Translations under genes and position numbers: made by a program
The notes under the pieces: generated by a model
Databases searched by the model: none
What the model was told of the DNA's origin: nothing
Seen by the model: the letters and a program-made list of their open reading frames with translations, nothing else
Assembly (NCBI GenBank): GCA_050084515.1
Contig: CM114271.1
Coordinates: forward strand, 48,050,001 to 48,114,000
DNA: 64,000 nucleotides
Direction of reading: 5' to 3'
Source of the DNA: Blasia pusilla
Taxonomy: Eukaryota
In this document: positions 11,624 through 23,929 of the stretch, piece by piece
Layout: each line of letters begins with the position of its first letter
How positions within the stretch are numbered: position 1 is the first letter of the stretch

Positions 11624-13400
11624 ATGGATAATTATGTGAAACTCACATGTGGCAGTTATCTAGCGTCCCTTCCTCAATCCAAGATAATTCAAGCACAATC
11701 TGATGATTCTTACGTACAAGAGGATAAAATTTTCCTCACTCTGATTTCTTCTCCCAATTGGAACAATCTTTGTTTCCAAGAATGATAGGGTGGATGGAAC
11801 GGAGGACATTATAAGTGAAACAATCCATCGAGGGATTGAAGACTCCAATATATGGAATCTCTTACCTTACACAAATGGACAATATAGAGTGTATGGCTTG
11901 CCTCTAAAGCCCTATGTTTCTCGACCTGACGTTCAAAAACCTCCAAGTGCGCTGAGCTCCAAGTTTGCCACCACTACATCAGAAGATCCAACATCGAGAC
12001 AATGTCCATGACAATATTGTTCTTCCTGAAGCCATTCCGGATGTTGTCAACCTCAAGGGATCTGTTGAACACCAACCAGACCGTGCCTTTGCATACTCAT
12101 TCATGTTGCAAGTTTCGGGCAATAATTTGCTTTTGTCTCTACCCTTGAAAACATCAAACACACTCTTATGGACGAGCTGCCAGCCATGTATGAAGGAAAC
12201 TATTTGTTTGAATTGCCTCCATTTGCTAATCCAACTCAAAAGAAAGATGGAGGACACTTGAAGGGTATGGATTGAAAGTCCGACTATCGTCGATGGTGCA
12301 AGCTACAGTGGACAAGTGCTTCAATTGGATCAATCCTAATTGGTCCATGGATTTTTTCTTGCTGCCAATGGGTTAGAGCCATGGAGTGTAGAAATCATGG
12401 TTGCATGTTTCTAGAGCGCAATGAGCAAGTCAATACGTCACAATTCGCCCTTAAAAATGCAAAAACTCCTTATGAGGTTGGTGCGATCATACCACCAATC
12501 GGCCATTGGCCATCAATGTCCTCATTGTTAGGACTCTTCTTTATGCATTTGATTGTGTCTTGCATAGTTTTTTTTTCATTGTACACAACTACAGTTCTAC
12601 GTCCAAGTACACCAAGTTGGAAATTCATGTTGGGTCCCACACTTATCCTGTTACCGGTGCAATTCAGAGATACATCAAGGAGGATGTGGCAAAGAAAGTG
12701 GCGGAGGTATATAAAAAATCTCCAAAATCAAAGCCCGGAGTGATCAAACTGAAAAAGGCATCACAAATTTGTGAACAACTCGTTGGAATCCCTAGCCAAG
12801 GGGAGATCACGGCAGTTGAGGAGAAATAACTTGGGGAAAATTTGGCATTTCTGGCTCATCCTAAATGCTTCAAGAAACAACTGTGTCAAAAATGAATACT
12901 TGATGGAAAGATGACCCAGATGGATGCCTTTGCCAAAATCAAGGCTAACTCCAAGTTTCCATTTATTCAGAGATGGAAATTTATAGGCCAAGGAGGTGAG
13001 GGATCTAGAAATTATGTCTTCAAAATGTCTACTACAGGGCCATCTAGTGGCCTCGATCTTATTCGTAGAATGAGGGAAGGAGAAGATCTCTTTGAAAATT
13101 GGGTAAACTTTAATATTTGCTACAAGGTGTTGAATGGATGGTTGACCATGGGTGCGCATGTTTACGACCATGTGGAGAAGGGACTCAGAACCATCTTTGT
13201 GTGTGAGGTAAAAGAAAAAGATATTGGAAGCTCGAAGATGTATTCGGTACTCTTACTGGTTGTGTTGAAGGAAAACAAAAGGCCACCTCCTAAAATTTAT
13301 GGGTTCATGGTAGAGAATGCACAACCAGGATGGATTGCTATCAAGGACGTGTGCAGGGGTGGTGAAGTTCAACCTGAGAGAGAAAGGTCATATGCTTTCC
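11624..13400 (+). pseudogene. Mutator (MULE)-like DDE transposase remnant with an upstream Cys-rich domain; C-terminal half missing
   Basis: ORF 12911..13468 has FKMS..GPSSGLDLIRRM, WLTMGAHVYD, GFMVENAQPGW.AI (GFMAD-like) and ERERSYAF (C-x2-H position), resembling the MULE transposase core; Cys-rich segment ~12350-12420 (LECRNHGC). Recognised by eye only. Confidence 0.5.
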
Positions 13401-13751
13401 AATCCGTTGAATTTCGACTCATTGCTATAAGTCTTTTTTTCGACCAAATTCTACTTGCAATTCATTGAAATCCAACGAGATACACATGTCTACAACTTGT
13501 CGGATTCTAATAGGTTGCAAGCCTTGCATTGTCAACACTTGTACTTGCAACCCGTCAGAATTCGACGGGTTGCAAGTTCATATTTTGGAGAAAATTATTC
13601 TTGCAACTCGTTGGAATACAACGGGTTACACATAAAAAATCCTTGGTGAGATCTGGTAGAACTTGCCTCCTACTTGCAATCCATCCAATTCCGATGGTTT
13701 GCAATAGAAGGTTCCTGGGTGTTAAAATCTGTCAGATTTCGACATGTTGTA
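13398..13751. repeat. Cluster 5 of the 29-bp palindrome
   Basis: Copies at ~13398, 13456, 13491, 13546 (tgcaacccgtcagaattcgacgggttgca), 13602, 13675, ~13723. Confidence 0.85.
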
Positions 13752-13776
13752 ATTTGTTCGTTTAGCGAGCTTTCTT

Positions 13777-14157
13777 TGTGAGAAAATAAAAAAATGACAA
13801 AATCACTGAAATCTTTACAAAACTTAGATATACAAAGTGGCCTAATCTGTACGTGCGCTCACAGAAGAGCTTCGATGGAACCTGAACATAGAGATAACTC
13901 GACATACGAGAATACGCTACCGCTTCGGCTCCCAAAAATTTTAGGATTATCTAACCCTATATTGCATCAGGGTGCGAGGCACCCTAATGCAATATAGGGT
14001 TAGATAATCCTTGTAACACTACTCCTAAAACCATCTATCTCATATTACTATGACTCCTCCGACGTCTAAGTTAGAACCATCAATCTAGGCTTCTCCTCAT
14101 ACAATGGGGCCGATCAAATTAATAGTGCTCAGAGAAGTGGATGTTGAGAATCCAATA
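13777..14157 (-). mobile_element. Solo LTR of the copia family at 23426-28363
   Basis: Reverse complement aligns over its full length with LTR 27968-28363; perfect 5-bp TSD TTCTT (13772-13776 and 14158-14162). Confidence 0.95.
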
Positions 14158-16648
14158 TTCTTCTTCCCTCAATTCACATTTTTGTCTATGCAAGGATTGA
14201 ACTTTCATGTAAATGCCCTTTGCCCAAACACAAGTGGAGCCAAGAGTGTTTATTCCTCTTGGAAGTCATCAAAAGCATGCCAAAAAATATCACTTGTGGA
14301 GGCATACCACCAAGACCAAAGAAGAGCAATGCTACAATCTGCAACATCCCATATATTCCTCTCAAAAGGCATAACCAAGGGAAAAAGGCCTTCAATTTAA
14401 GAGCTCTATGTAAGGGCCGTTGTGAGATGTGGTGAATTGCATGATGAAAAAATATATGTGGAAGCCTTCAATCGGTGCGTAGCCGGAACTCCTAAACAAG
14501 CCACTCTAAGGATGCAATATGAGGTCTTAGAGTGTACTTTCAAATTCCAAAATGTTCACTACGAGCTTGAACTCTAATCAGCTAAGGAAATTTTGATTCT
14601 TTTTTGTGGGTGTGAAATGTCATATTACAATATGCTTTAAATTCAAGTTGTGATACATTGGAAGTTGTAGTTCTGACTTTAAAACATTAGAAATGAATTT
14701 TTCCAAGCATTCTTAACAACATCTACATGCATCAAACCGAAGAAGAGAAAATTGTGGAAAACGCACCAAGTCTTTTGAACTTGAGATTGTATAAACTATA
14801 ACAGAAAAGACAAGATGTTCAAGAAATCAGGCATGATTAAGAAACATGGAATCGAAATTTTGTTCCTTTCAATAGTAGCTGTAAAAGAATCAAGTTGCAG
14901 TATTGTTTAAGAATCCAAAGAGTTGGCAAGGTCTTAACTTTGAGTATGAAAAAAAACAGCAAATTACAAATCATATGCATGATCTATGAATCTAAAGTGA
15001 TAGTGGCATTAAAATATCATTCTGTTATCACCAAATATGCCAAAACCAGGTATCCAACGCCTCCACATTGTCATAAAAAAACATATGTTCCATTTTCTCT
15101 TAACAATACTTCATGACCTACTCCAATGGGCATTCTTTCTTGAGCAATCTCTCAGGCCATAAGGTGTGAGACCCAACAGATCCCTTCAAGAGCAATTGTG
15201 GAGGATCATCTTCATGATTTGGATATGGTAGCTCTACTTCACCATTGAGAATAATCTTCACATCAACTCTCACACATCCAAATGGGATTTCTTTCCCATG
15301 GATTTTATCCCGACCAGCAAGACTTGATACATATCCTTCTCCCACAGATTGGCAAGTATTCTTGTTTTGCATCATCTAGACATAATAACCTACCATAAGC
15401 TGATGGGAGCACAAAGACAAACACTTTAGAAAAATCAATACAAATTTGGTTACCTTTAATGTATATAATTGAAATACATACAAGAAAGTCAAGTAGATCA
15501 CTATCTAAAGCATAGAATTTACCATTGTTAGGAATGTTGGAAGAATATATAAGATTTGGTTGGCTTGTCTACAATTAGTACATAAACATGGTCAACAAAT
15601 AAGGTATCTCTCATCTCTTGTGAATGTGATATGAACATGAAAGAAAGTGGAAGCTAGAAGACAAATATAGAAACAACATCCCAAGAAATTACTACTTACA
15701 GCCATCTTCTCTTTCTTCTATGTGCGAGATTCCTTTCTCTTCTTTAGGAGGACTTGCTTTGGTTGGATGCCTCGTGTGTTATATCATGCCCCGTCTGAAC
15801 TTGTGCCTTGGAACCCAAGATTGGCTCATGTACCTTGTCTATTTGCTACAAGGAATTAGAGTTCTCCCCAACCCCAATATGATGTTCTACACCGGAAGTC
15901 ACAAAAGGAGATATGGATGGAAATGTTTGGGGTTTAGGAAACAAATTTCCATTTATGACCTCTACATCCACAACCTCTGTAGGTAGGCCCTCTTTAACTT
16001 TTACATTCAAGCGAGGAGTAGAAGAAGGCAAAGGGTCTATAGGTGCGTCCTTGGTAATCTTGGAAAGCATTTCTTGAATTAAATTCAAGGTCTCCCTTAT
16101 AGCTTTCAACTCACTCTTAGTAGACTCTGCCTCCTTCTCTATATTGTCCAACCAATCTATCAAAGAAGGACCAGATCCCTACACAAGAAGAGTTTCATCA
16201 AAACACAGGTTAGTGACTTTGTGATCCTATTAAAAATGATACACTTTTGCTCCTGATTGATGGAAAAAAAATACTAGAATCAGAAAATTCAAGTTTAGAA
16301 ACTTGATTGAAAGTTTGAAAACTATTTACCTTACTGCCTATAGTATTATGACTAAGTCCAACTCCACTGGTCCCTAGCGTTTCTTCCAACTCATTCAACA
16401 AAGGGCTTTCACCTCTTTCCTTTGTCTACAAGTTTAAAACCAAATACCACAAAATTTTTAACCAATATCAAAATGATGTTGACGCTAGTCAACCACTAAA
16501 CTTGAGTTCTCCATATACTAAAGAAAACAAACTTTTAATGAACTTTACCACTCAAATTGCACATGGATGGAATTTCATTGAGTATGCTGGAAAATGGAGT
16601 GAGTGTTTGAACGAATTACATAGCAAGGAATGTTTCACTCCTTTTTGA

Positions 16649-17272
16649 TGTCGTGCGCATACACATCGTTGTCACCGAACACACACACAAACACGCAGGA
16701 TCCCATGCTAACTCATGGCATCCAAATAACGAGACAAGAAGTACTAAAATATCTCCAATAAATTAAGATCCAATCTCTCTCTACACCATCTCACACCATA
16801 GCTCTCAAAGGTGTGCACTCTCTCTCATATCAAACCAAACCCACTCTCCTAATGAGAGGCTTGGGTTACACTCACAAGGCAAGGGACCATAGCTCCGCCG
16901 CCTTATGCCAAGAAGTTCAACAAAGAGAGAATGAGCTCTCAAGCTCTCTCTCCTTGAGGTATACCCCTCCCCTCTCCCAAGCTCTCTCCATGGTAACCTA
17001 TTCTCCCAAGTCACCTCCTTGGCTCTTGACCTGATATAGGAGGTCAAGGGCTACTTAGCAAAAATAGCAAGTTGATCATATACTCAAAATGATATATACC
17101 TAAAATAGTAAGTTCGTCAATATGGCTCCAAATGAGTTGAAACGAAGGGGAAACTTGCTCTCTCAGGTTTCCCGGGGCTTCAGCAGGTCATCCTTGACCT
17201 ACTGAGCCTATCCTCCACTACTCACAAAGGTGATCTACTAGATCTCACTGATCTTTCCTAAAAGGCGTGATA
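16649..17272. mobile_element. Solo LTR (~624 bp), same family as 60894-61537 but in the opposite orientation
   Basis: Ends tgtcgtgcgc...ggcgtgata; full-length reverse-complement similarity to 60894-61537; 4-bp TSD ttga/gtga. Confidence 0.85.
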
Positions 17273-17462
17273 GTGACCAATTCGACCCATCTTGTTAAGT
17301 TGCTCAACGTTTCCTCTATTCATCTTCATCCTTTGTGATTTTTCCTTTTCCATTGGTGAGAGCCAATATTTTTCGAGGGCTTCCCAAGTTTTAGGAACCA
17401 CATCTAGAGGAGTTGGACATTCCATACTAAGACCTAAAGTATAGAAGAGTCTTTTTCAAACG

Positions 17463-17568
<106 letters not shown>

Positions 17569-19129
17569 GATATTTCCAATGTCGACTTAAAAAATCGATC
17601 GATTAGCTCACTCCCTACATACTCTCAACCTTCATCCATCTCCCTTCTCGTAGTTTTGATGTCAAACTCAGATGGCTCAGCCACATTATGTGTACTAAGG
17701 TCCAAACAACGAAGGACACAAACCTTCAATTCATCATGTCATGTTGTCTTTCCGACACAACCAGATACAATTTCACCTTAAGATGTAACTTCAACTCTTG
17801 AATTTAAACCCCTCTCGATAAGAGACTTTGCAGTTATCTTCCATTCTCTAAGGCTTTCCCAACGAATATGTCAAACTTTAGAGCTTGTTGTAACATCATT
17901 ACCAATTTGAAGGGAAACATTCACGAAGTGTTATAAAATAAGGAGAGGGGACAACTACATCAAATGACAGACACAAGAAGGAATCCTCTCAATAGACACT
18001 AGAAAATACAACTAAATGTAGTTGCAAAGGACCATTTACCACTAATAACTATGATTTGCAACCAATCAGATCTTAGTGTCAAAGGACTCGTTATTTGGGA
18101 TGGGTTTTTATTAATTGACATGTAAGGTTGATGACAAGGCTTGTTTGTGTCTAATGACATGGATCCTACTCATCTTGTGACATGGATCCGAATGTACGAT
18201 GCCATTGACATGATAGTATGATGACGTGGAAAAGGTTATTCCTAGTCACGTGGTATTTTTACCCTAAAGTTAGTTGTAATTTTGTGTCATATGAATAAAG
18301 ACACAACACTTAGTTGTATAATATAGTTCAGATATTTACTTTTATAAAATTTCAGGCGTCCATATACAATATTGAGTGTCGTGATTAGTTATATTATTCC
18401 GCATACTTACTTCCTATCGATTTGATACTAATTTTAGTTGATTATGTAGTTGTGCTCTTGACATATGTACTTTCTTCTATTGATTGTAGTTGTAAGAAGT
18501 AATTAGGATGACCTTTGAATGATTTTATATAGTTGTAACAAATGACTAGGATGATTTTTTAATGACTATCTGTAGTTGTATGTATAATACTAACAGTTGT
18601 ACAATTGAATGCATTTATTTGCATTCATTCTTATGTGGCATCAATTTTATTTTAAAAAAAATCTTTGTTATCTAAACCCATACATTCATAAGCATCACAT
18701 ACATCTTCATATCTACTATGAGACCTGAATTGTTTTCCTCCATACAATGACAAGATAATCCCAAAGATTGAGCGAGAGAAAATCATACACTTCCAAGGGA
18801 TCACAAATAAAATGGTTTAATTGAAACTCTGTTGACTTCTCAGTTTACAAAAATAGTAAGAACTAAACTTATTCAATTGACTAAAGCCACAACACACGTG
18901 AAGAAGAGGATTGTATTGCCAAGCTCCATAAGTACACCAGCAAAACTTACTGAAACATGAGAGGGAGAGAGATTATTCCAAAATATCTTCATAGTACATA
19001 AAACACTCAAAAGCTTCCGAATACATTGCAAATTTTGTTCATTAAAACAGAATTCTAGAAGAGACTTGTACCATAGCTAAAACCGCAATACAAAATAAAT
19101 TAAGTAGAACAAAACTAGGATGGAGAAGG

Positions 19130-21254
19130 TGGGCACTTCTTCATAGCTTTCTCATACCAAAGCAATGAAGAATTGAGTACATGTTTCATGTGTGTCTATG
19201 GAGGATCATCTTGAATGTTTGGAAATGGTAGTGAGGCTCCTCGGTGATTCACGATGGTTACATCCACCTTCACACATCCAAGAGGAATTGTCTTTCCATG
19301 AAACAAGTCCCTACCCGCTAGTCCACATATTTTTCCTAATCCCACATGTAACCAACCTTTTCATTCCAGTGCCAAGAATACCTAATCTCCCACTGCCAAT
19401 TGCACAAAGAACACACATTTATTATAAAAAATCACAAAGCTAAATTTCTTTATCAATCACTTTCAAATCAATTTCAAGGACTTTATTCTGTACCTTCATG
19501 ATACTCCAACCATTTCGCGGAATGTTTGAAGAAGATGTGGGAACCGAATAATTATCCATGCATTTCTACAATGAAAATAGAACATAAGTATCAATCTTTG
19601 GATATCACTTTATAATACATGCATGTTGTCCTCAAGTACATACTGAAAATTTTTTTCCAGCAAAGAGGTAATGTCAAGCTACTTACAACATTCTTCTCTC
19701 TCCGCTCTTGAATTGTTGTTATCAATTTCTTCTTTGTTCCCCCCTTTAACAATCCTGATTGCTTGCTCTTTGTAGTGTCTTCAACTTGGTCTCCAACTTT
19801 AGATGCAAGAATACTAGGTGGATGATCTTGAATATGAGTGTTTTCAATAGGATTAGATAGCTTCTCTATTATATTATCAAGGATTATTGGAGCTAATTGT
19901 TTTGATGCCCCAATGTCATATACGTTTATTATATCCTCAACATCTTCTATAATTGCTATTGGAGCTTCTTGTATATTCTGGCTAGAAGTGGGGAGAGGAC
20001 TTACAATAATAGGATTAACTTTTTGCATTGTTACACCAATAAAGGAAGAGTCTTCCCTTAAGGGCACTAAGGTGGATTTAGAGGAAGGGTGCAAGGATGG
20101 ATTGATATCAAGTGGATAATGAAGTGGAACACAATAGGGCCCTACTTTGGTCAATTGCGTCAACACGACCATCATCTTCTCTATAGAGGACTTAATCTCC
20201 ACTAGTTCCATCTTTTTGGACTCACTTACTGTCTCAACAAGGTATAGTCTAGTGGTCCAGGTGGAGACTCCATTGTGCAAGATTAAGCGATCACATTTTG
20301 ATTTCAGTCAGTAGAACTATGATAGTATTGGAAATGAAGCCGATGAAATCATTATTATTTACATAACAAACACTCCTCCAAGAAGTTGATTGACTTACCT
20401 TTGTGCTCACAATTTGGAAACTTGGTTGTGGTTTTGTTGTTCCCAAAGAGCCTTCAATGGCTTGCAATAAAGGACTTGCCCCGTGCTCTTTCTTCTACAA
20501 GAAAGAGGTCAAACAAAAAATCATTAAATCAAGATCATAAGAACATGAAACAACCATGCATGGATTTTACAGTAATGTATCGAAGACCAAAAACACAAAA
20601 CACATTATTGTTCAACATGTTAATGCATCAAGAACTTGAAAAATCTCTTAATTTACTTATTCAAACTTACCAAAATATGTTTGGCACCCGTGTGTCCACG
20701 TCTACCATAAGGATTTGGGTTTTCCACCTTGGATCTATTCACCTTCATCGGTTCAGATATTTGTTGTCCCATGGGAGACAACCAATACCCCTTCAGAGTC
20801 TCCCATGATCGTGAGTTCACATCTGGAGGTGTGGGACAATCAGCCTCACCCCCAAGGTCCATCCACAGCCTCTTCAAGTATGCCCATGATCTCCATATCT
20901 TCATGCAAAATTTATTCTCCATAACTTTATCAATAAGAACACTCGACCACGGAACGGAACTTCTTGCCGAGTTCTAATGTTATTTACCTCACAAGTTTGC
21001 ATCGCTCCTCCCTAGCGTGTAAGTATTTAAGGTCCTCTTCTGTAGGACCATCTTCGCAGATAGTACCACATTCTAGATTTTTGATATTCTATTTCCTTAG
21101 GTGTTGATCCACTATATGGTGTGCTATAGTGGAGTTTAAGGTTCTCTTCAGACAAAGGATCTTCATCAAGGCGGATGGAGAATCTATGATAAGAAAGTAA
21201 TAGTGATAATGGAAAATCACATAACGAGATGGGTAAGAGAATACATGTCAACAT
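19130..21254 (-). pseudogene. CACTA ORF2 (TnpA-like), spliced and disrupted
   Basis: 20653..20922 (SWETLKGYWLSP...KVNRSKV...GRRGHTG); 19591..20280; C-terminal domain ~19130-19340 (FHGKTIPLGCVKVDV...LPFPNIQDDPP). Confidence 0.7.
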
Positions 21255-21650
21255 GTTAGTTTAGGTGCTACTATGGAATACTTGAAACTCACTCAATCTT
21301 ACAATATTTAGTCACACTACATTAGCTCTTTCAACTTGTTTTCAAGTTATTCAATCTAAGAAAGCAATATGGTTTGCCATTCCCATCCATAAATTTTGAT
21401 TAAAATACAATCAATTGCTCTCTTCTCATATAACAAGAAAATAGAAATACCATCAAAGTTGCAATATGAAGTTTGATCACTTATTGGTTTAGTCACTAGA
21501 CTCATCGTTAGACATTAGTTATGAATATGAACTATTGTAAGTATCTTCTATAGGAATAGATGGAGACTTATTTGTAGCCGTAGCATATTCTGTAATTATA
21601 AGGGTAATAGCCCCCTCTAAAGATACTCCCAAAGTTTCTATATCAATACT

Positions 21651-22770
21651 TCAATGAGTTTTAAACCCCAAAAAGTCGAGGTGATCATAGTAATCATGGT
21701 CAAAACCACCACAAACCACTCTTCTACCATGGGCTTGTTTTTGGAGCACTATTTTCCATCCTAGTTTTTCTTCCACATTTGCAAAGAAGACTTGCACTAC
21801 CTGGCTAGAAAAGACAAACGGCTCTTGTTCAAGTGTTAAACACTTCCAAAAGTTTTCCGATAAAAGCCCGTGTTCATCAAGTACCATGCTTGGATCATGG
21901 CCATTCGATTGCAATTGGAGCCACTTCCCCCTCATAATGATCACTGGTTGGTCTCTAATATCGTAGTCCAAAACTAGAATATTACTTAGTATCCCAACAT
22001 AAGCATAGTTTGAGACTCTCTCAATCCCTACTACATTTTGAGAAGAAAAAATAGAAGTTATCCCTGTGTCATAAGTAGACCATCTTGTTGGTCCCCCTTT
22101 GTTAACCCGAAAATGATTTCCATAAGCCTTCATTCTTTTATAGGATCGATAGATTAGAAATGGTGGAACTACTAGTTTCAAAACCAAAGCATCCACCTCT
22201 TTACCTTCCTCAACCCACTCTTGAACCTCAGGTCTTATCCATGATGCAAAAGTCTCCTCCGTCCTTCCCTCTACCTTGAAAATTGTGCCACAATTCAATA
22301 AGCATTTGTGAATAAGTACCTTCAAGCTACATAGTGGTTATACCCTACGCTTGATATTTACTTATGAACAAGAACAGAAAATATATCAATATAAAAAGAA
22401 GATGAATTTGTACTTACTCCCACCATTGGCTCATACATGATGTGTTTTCCAACACATATTGATGAGCACTTAAAAGGAGAGTTTACAATAGAGTTATCTT
22501 CACACTTGCTCCTTCTAGGACCTCTCCATCAACACCCTCCTCTTTTGTTGCATCCCACACTCTTGTTTGTACCACTTTGAGACCCTCCATATATTCAGTT
22601 ATGAAGCCCAATGCTTCATCCAATTTATATCCTTCGTCCATGCATCCTTTAGACCTAGCATGAGATCTTACATAGCCTTTTAATACACCTAAATATCTCT
22701 CAATAGGATACATCCATCAACATGCCGATGGACAACAAATATCCAACTCTTCAACTAAATGGACATGAAA
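21651..22770 (-). pseudogene. CACTA transposase (TnpD/TNP2) C-terminal remnant
   Basis: MYPIERYLGVLKGYVRS.A...GCMDEGY (DUF4218-like) and YGNHFRV...YVGILSNILVLDY...KW...EPFVFSSQVVQVFF (DUF4216-like). Confidence 0.85.
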
Positions 22771-22789
22771 GTTGTTCAAGGAAGTAAGG

Positions 22790-23425
22790 GGCAGATAAAA
22801 AAATAGGAGACAACATTTAGGCTTTACGATTTTTTTTCCCATGTGTGGGTGTTCATTTGAAGTTTTGATTTTTTTTCCATGTGTTCCTAGGTTTGGAATG
22901 CCTCTTTGGGAAAAGTTTCATGATTTTTGGAACCATGGTTAAGGGGCAGGGGAGAAAAATAGATATCAAGAAGGAAGAGGAGGGCTTCGAGTAGGAATGT
23001 TCCAAGTCTTTATTTCATTTTCATGTTCACATTGAGGTAATTTTTTTGCAACCATTGGATAGTGTTGAAGACCGTTTTTAGGGTTTTAAATTTTTATTTT
23101 CATGTGTGGGTGTTTATTTGAAGTTTTGATTTTTTCCCTATGTTCCTACGCTTGGATTTCCTCTTTGACAAAAGTTTCATGATTTTTGGAACCTTGGTTG
23201 AGGGAGAGGGGAGAAAAAGAGGGGTCAAGAAGGAAGAGGAGGGCTTTGAGTAGGAATGTTCCAAGTCTTTGTTTCATTTTCATATTCACATTGAGATATT
23301 GTTTTCAACCATTGGATGGTGTTGACACTTGGCAAATACCTTGATATTACATCCCTTGCGATCTTCAATGGTTTGGATCTACGTTTTTGGCTTCCATGCT
23401 CAAAAGCAAAATAGGATACTATTTT
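22790..23425. repeat. ~347-bp tandem repeat, left part (split by a copia insertion)
   Basis: Anchor catgtgtgg(g/a)tg..catttgaagt at 22840, 23101, 28391, 28739. Confidence 0.8.
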
Positions 23426-23857
23426 TGTTGGATTCTCAACATCCACTTCTCTAAGCACTATTAATCTGATCGGCCCCCTTGTATGAGGAGAAGCCTAGAT
23501 TGATGGTTCCGACTTAGACGTTGAAGGAGTCATACTAATATGACGTAGGTGGTTTTATGAGTAGAGTTACTAGGTTTATCTAACCCTATATAGTATCAGG
23601 GTGCGGGCACCCTGATGCAATATAGGGTTGGTGCAAAATTTTTCTATTAATAGAAACGAAAAAAGGTAGAAACCCTAGTTTTCTCGAGTAGTCAAATAGT
23701 CGGGAGCCGCAGCGGTAGCGCATTCTCGTATGTCGAGTTATCTCCCAGTTAAGGTTCCATCGAAGCTCTTCTGTGAGCGCACGGACGGACTAGGCCACTT
23801 TGTATCTCTAAGTTTTATAAAGATTTCAGTAATTTTGTCACTTTCTGTTTTCTCAAA
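23426..23857 (+). repeat. 5' LTR of copia element
   Basis: Begins tgttggattctc; roughly 94% identical to the 3' LTR by manual count, with an extra ~36 bp at ~23630-23667. Confidence 0.95.
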
Positions 23858-23869
23858 TGGTATCAGAGC
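23858..23869 (+). promoter_or_regulatory. Primer binding site (tRNA-iMet)
   Basis: TGGTATCAGAGC immediately after the 5' LTR. Confidence 0.95.
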
Positions 23870-23929
23870 AGTAGGTTTTCCAGTATTTTGTATCTGGCGA
23901 TCTAGTGTGTTTGCACAAAATCTTTAAAG

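Larger units (their letters stand above)
4609..14560. mobile_element. Element A: large multi-ORF transposon (Mutator-like transposase remnant, accessory ORFs, 29-bp palindrome arrays); right end not found
   Basis: 4609-6700 is collinear with 58339-61900. Shared homology starts abruptly at GGGGG(C/G)TTGT(T)ATTCTGG in both copies, each adjoining a different LINE. The same palindrome occurs from 5271 to 13751. Confidence 0.6.
17997..22780 (-). mobile_element. CACTA/En-Spm element 2, 5'-truncated
   Basis: Terminus CACTAGAAAATACAAC at 17997; many subterminal TAGTTG(T/C)A repeats at 18020-18600; transposase and ORF2 remnants on the minus strand. Confidence 0.8.

Noticed and set aside
7212-13751. 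A true CRISPR array (29-bp palindromic repeats with unique spacers)
   Set aside because: Eukaryotic TE context, no cas-like ORFs, degenerate repeats, variable spacer lengths and clusters scattered over several kb; reported as a palindrome family instead.
14557-14566. cactacgagc as the terminus of CACTA element 1
   Set aside because: Lacks the A-rich TIR continuation and subterminal repeats seen at 17997.
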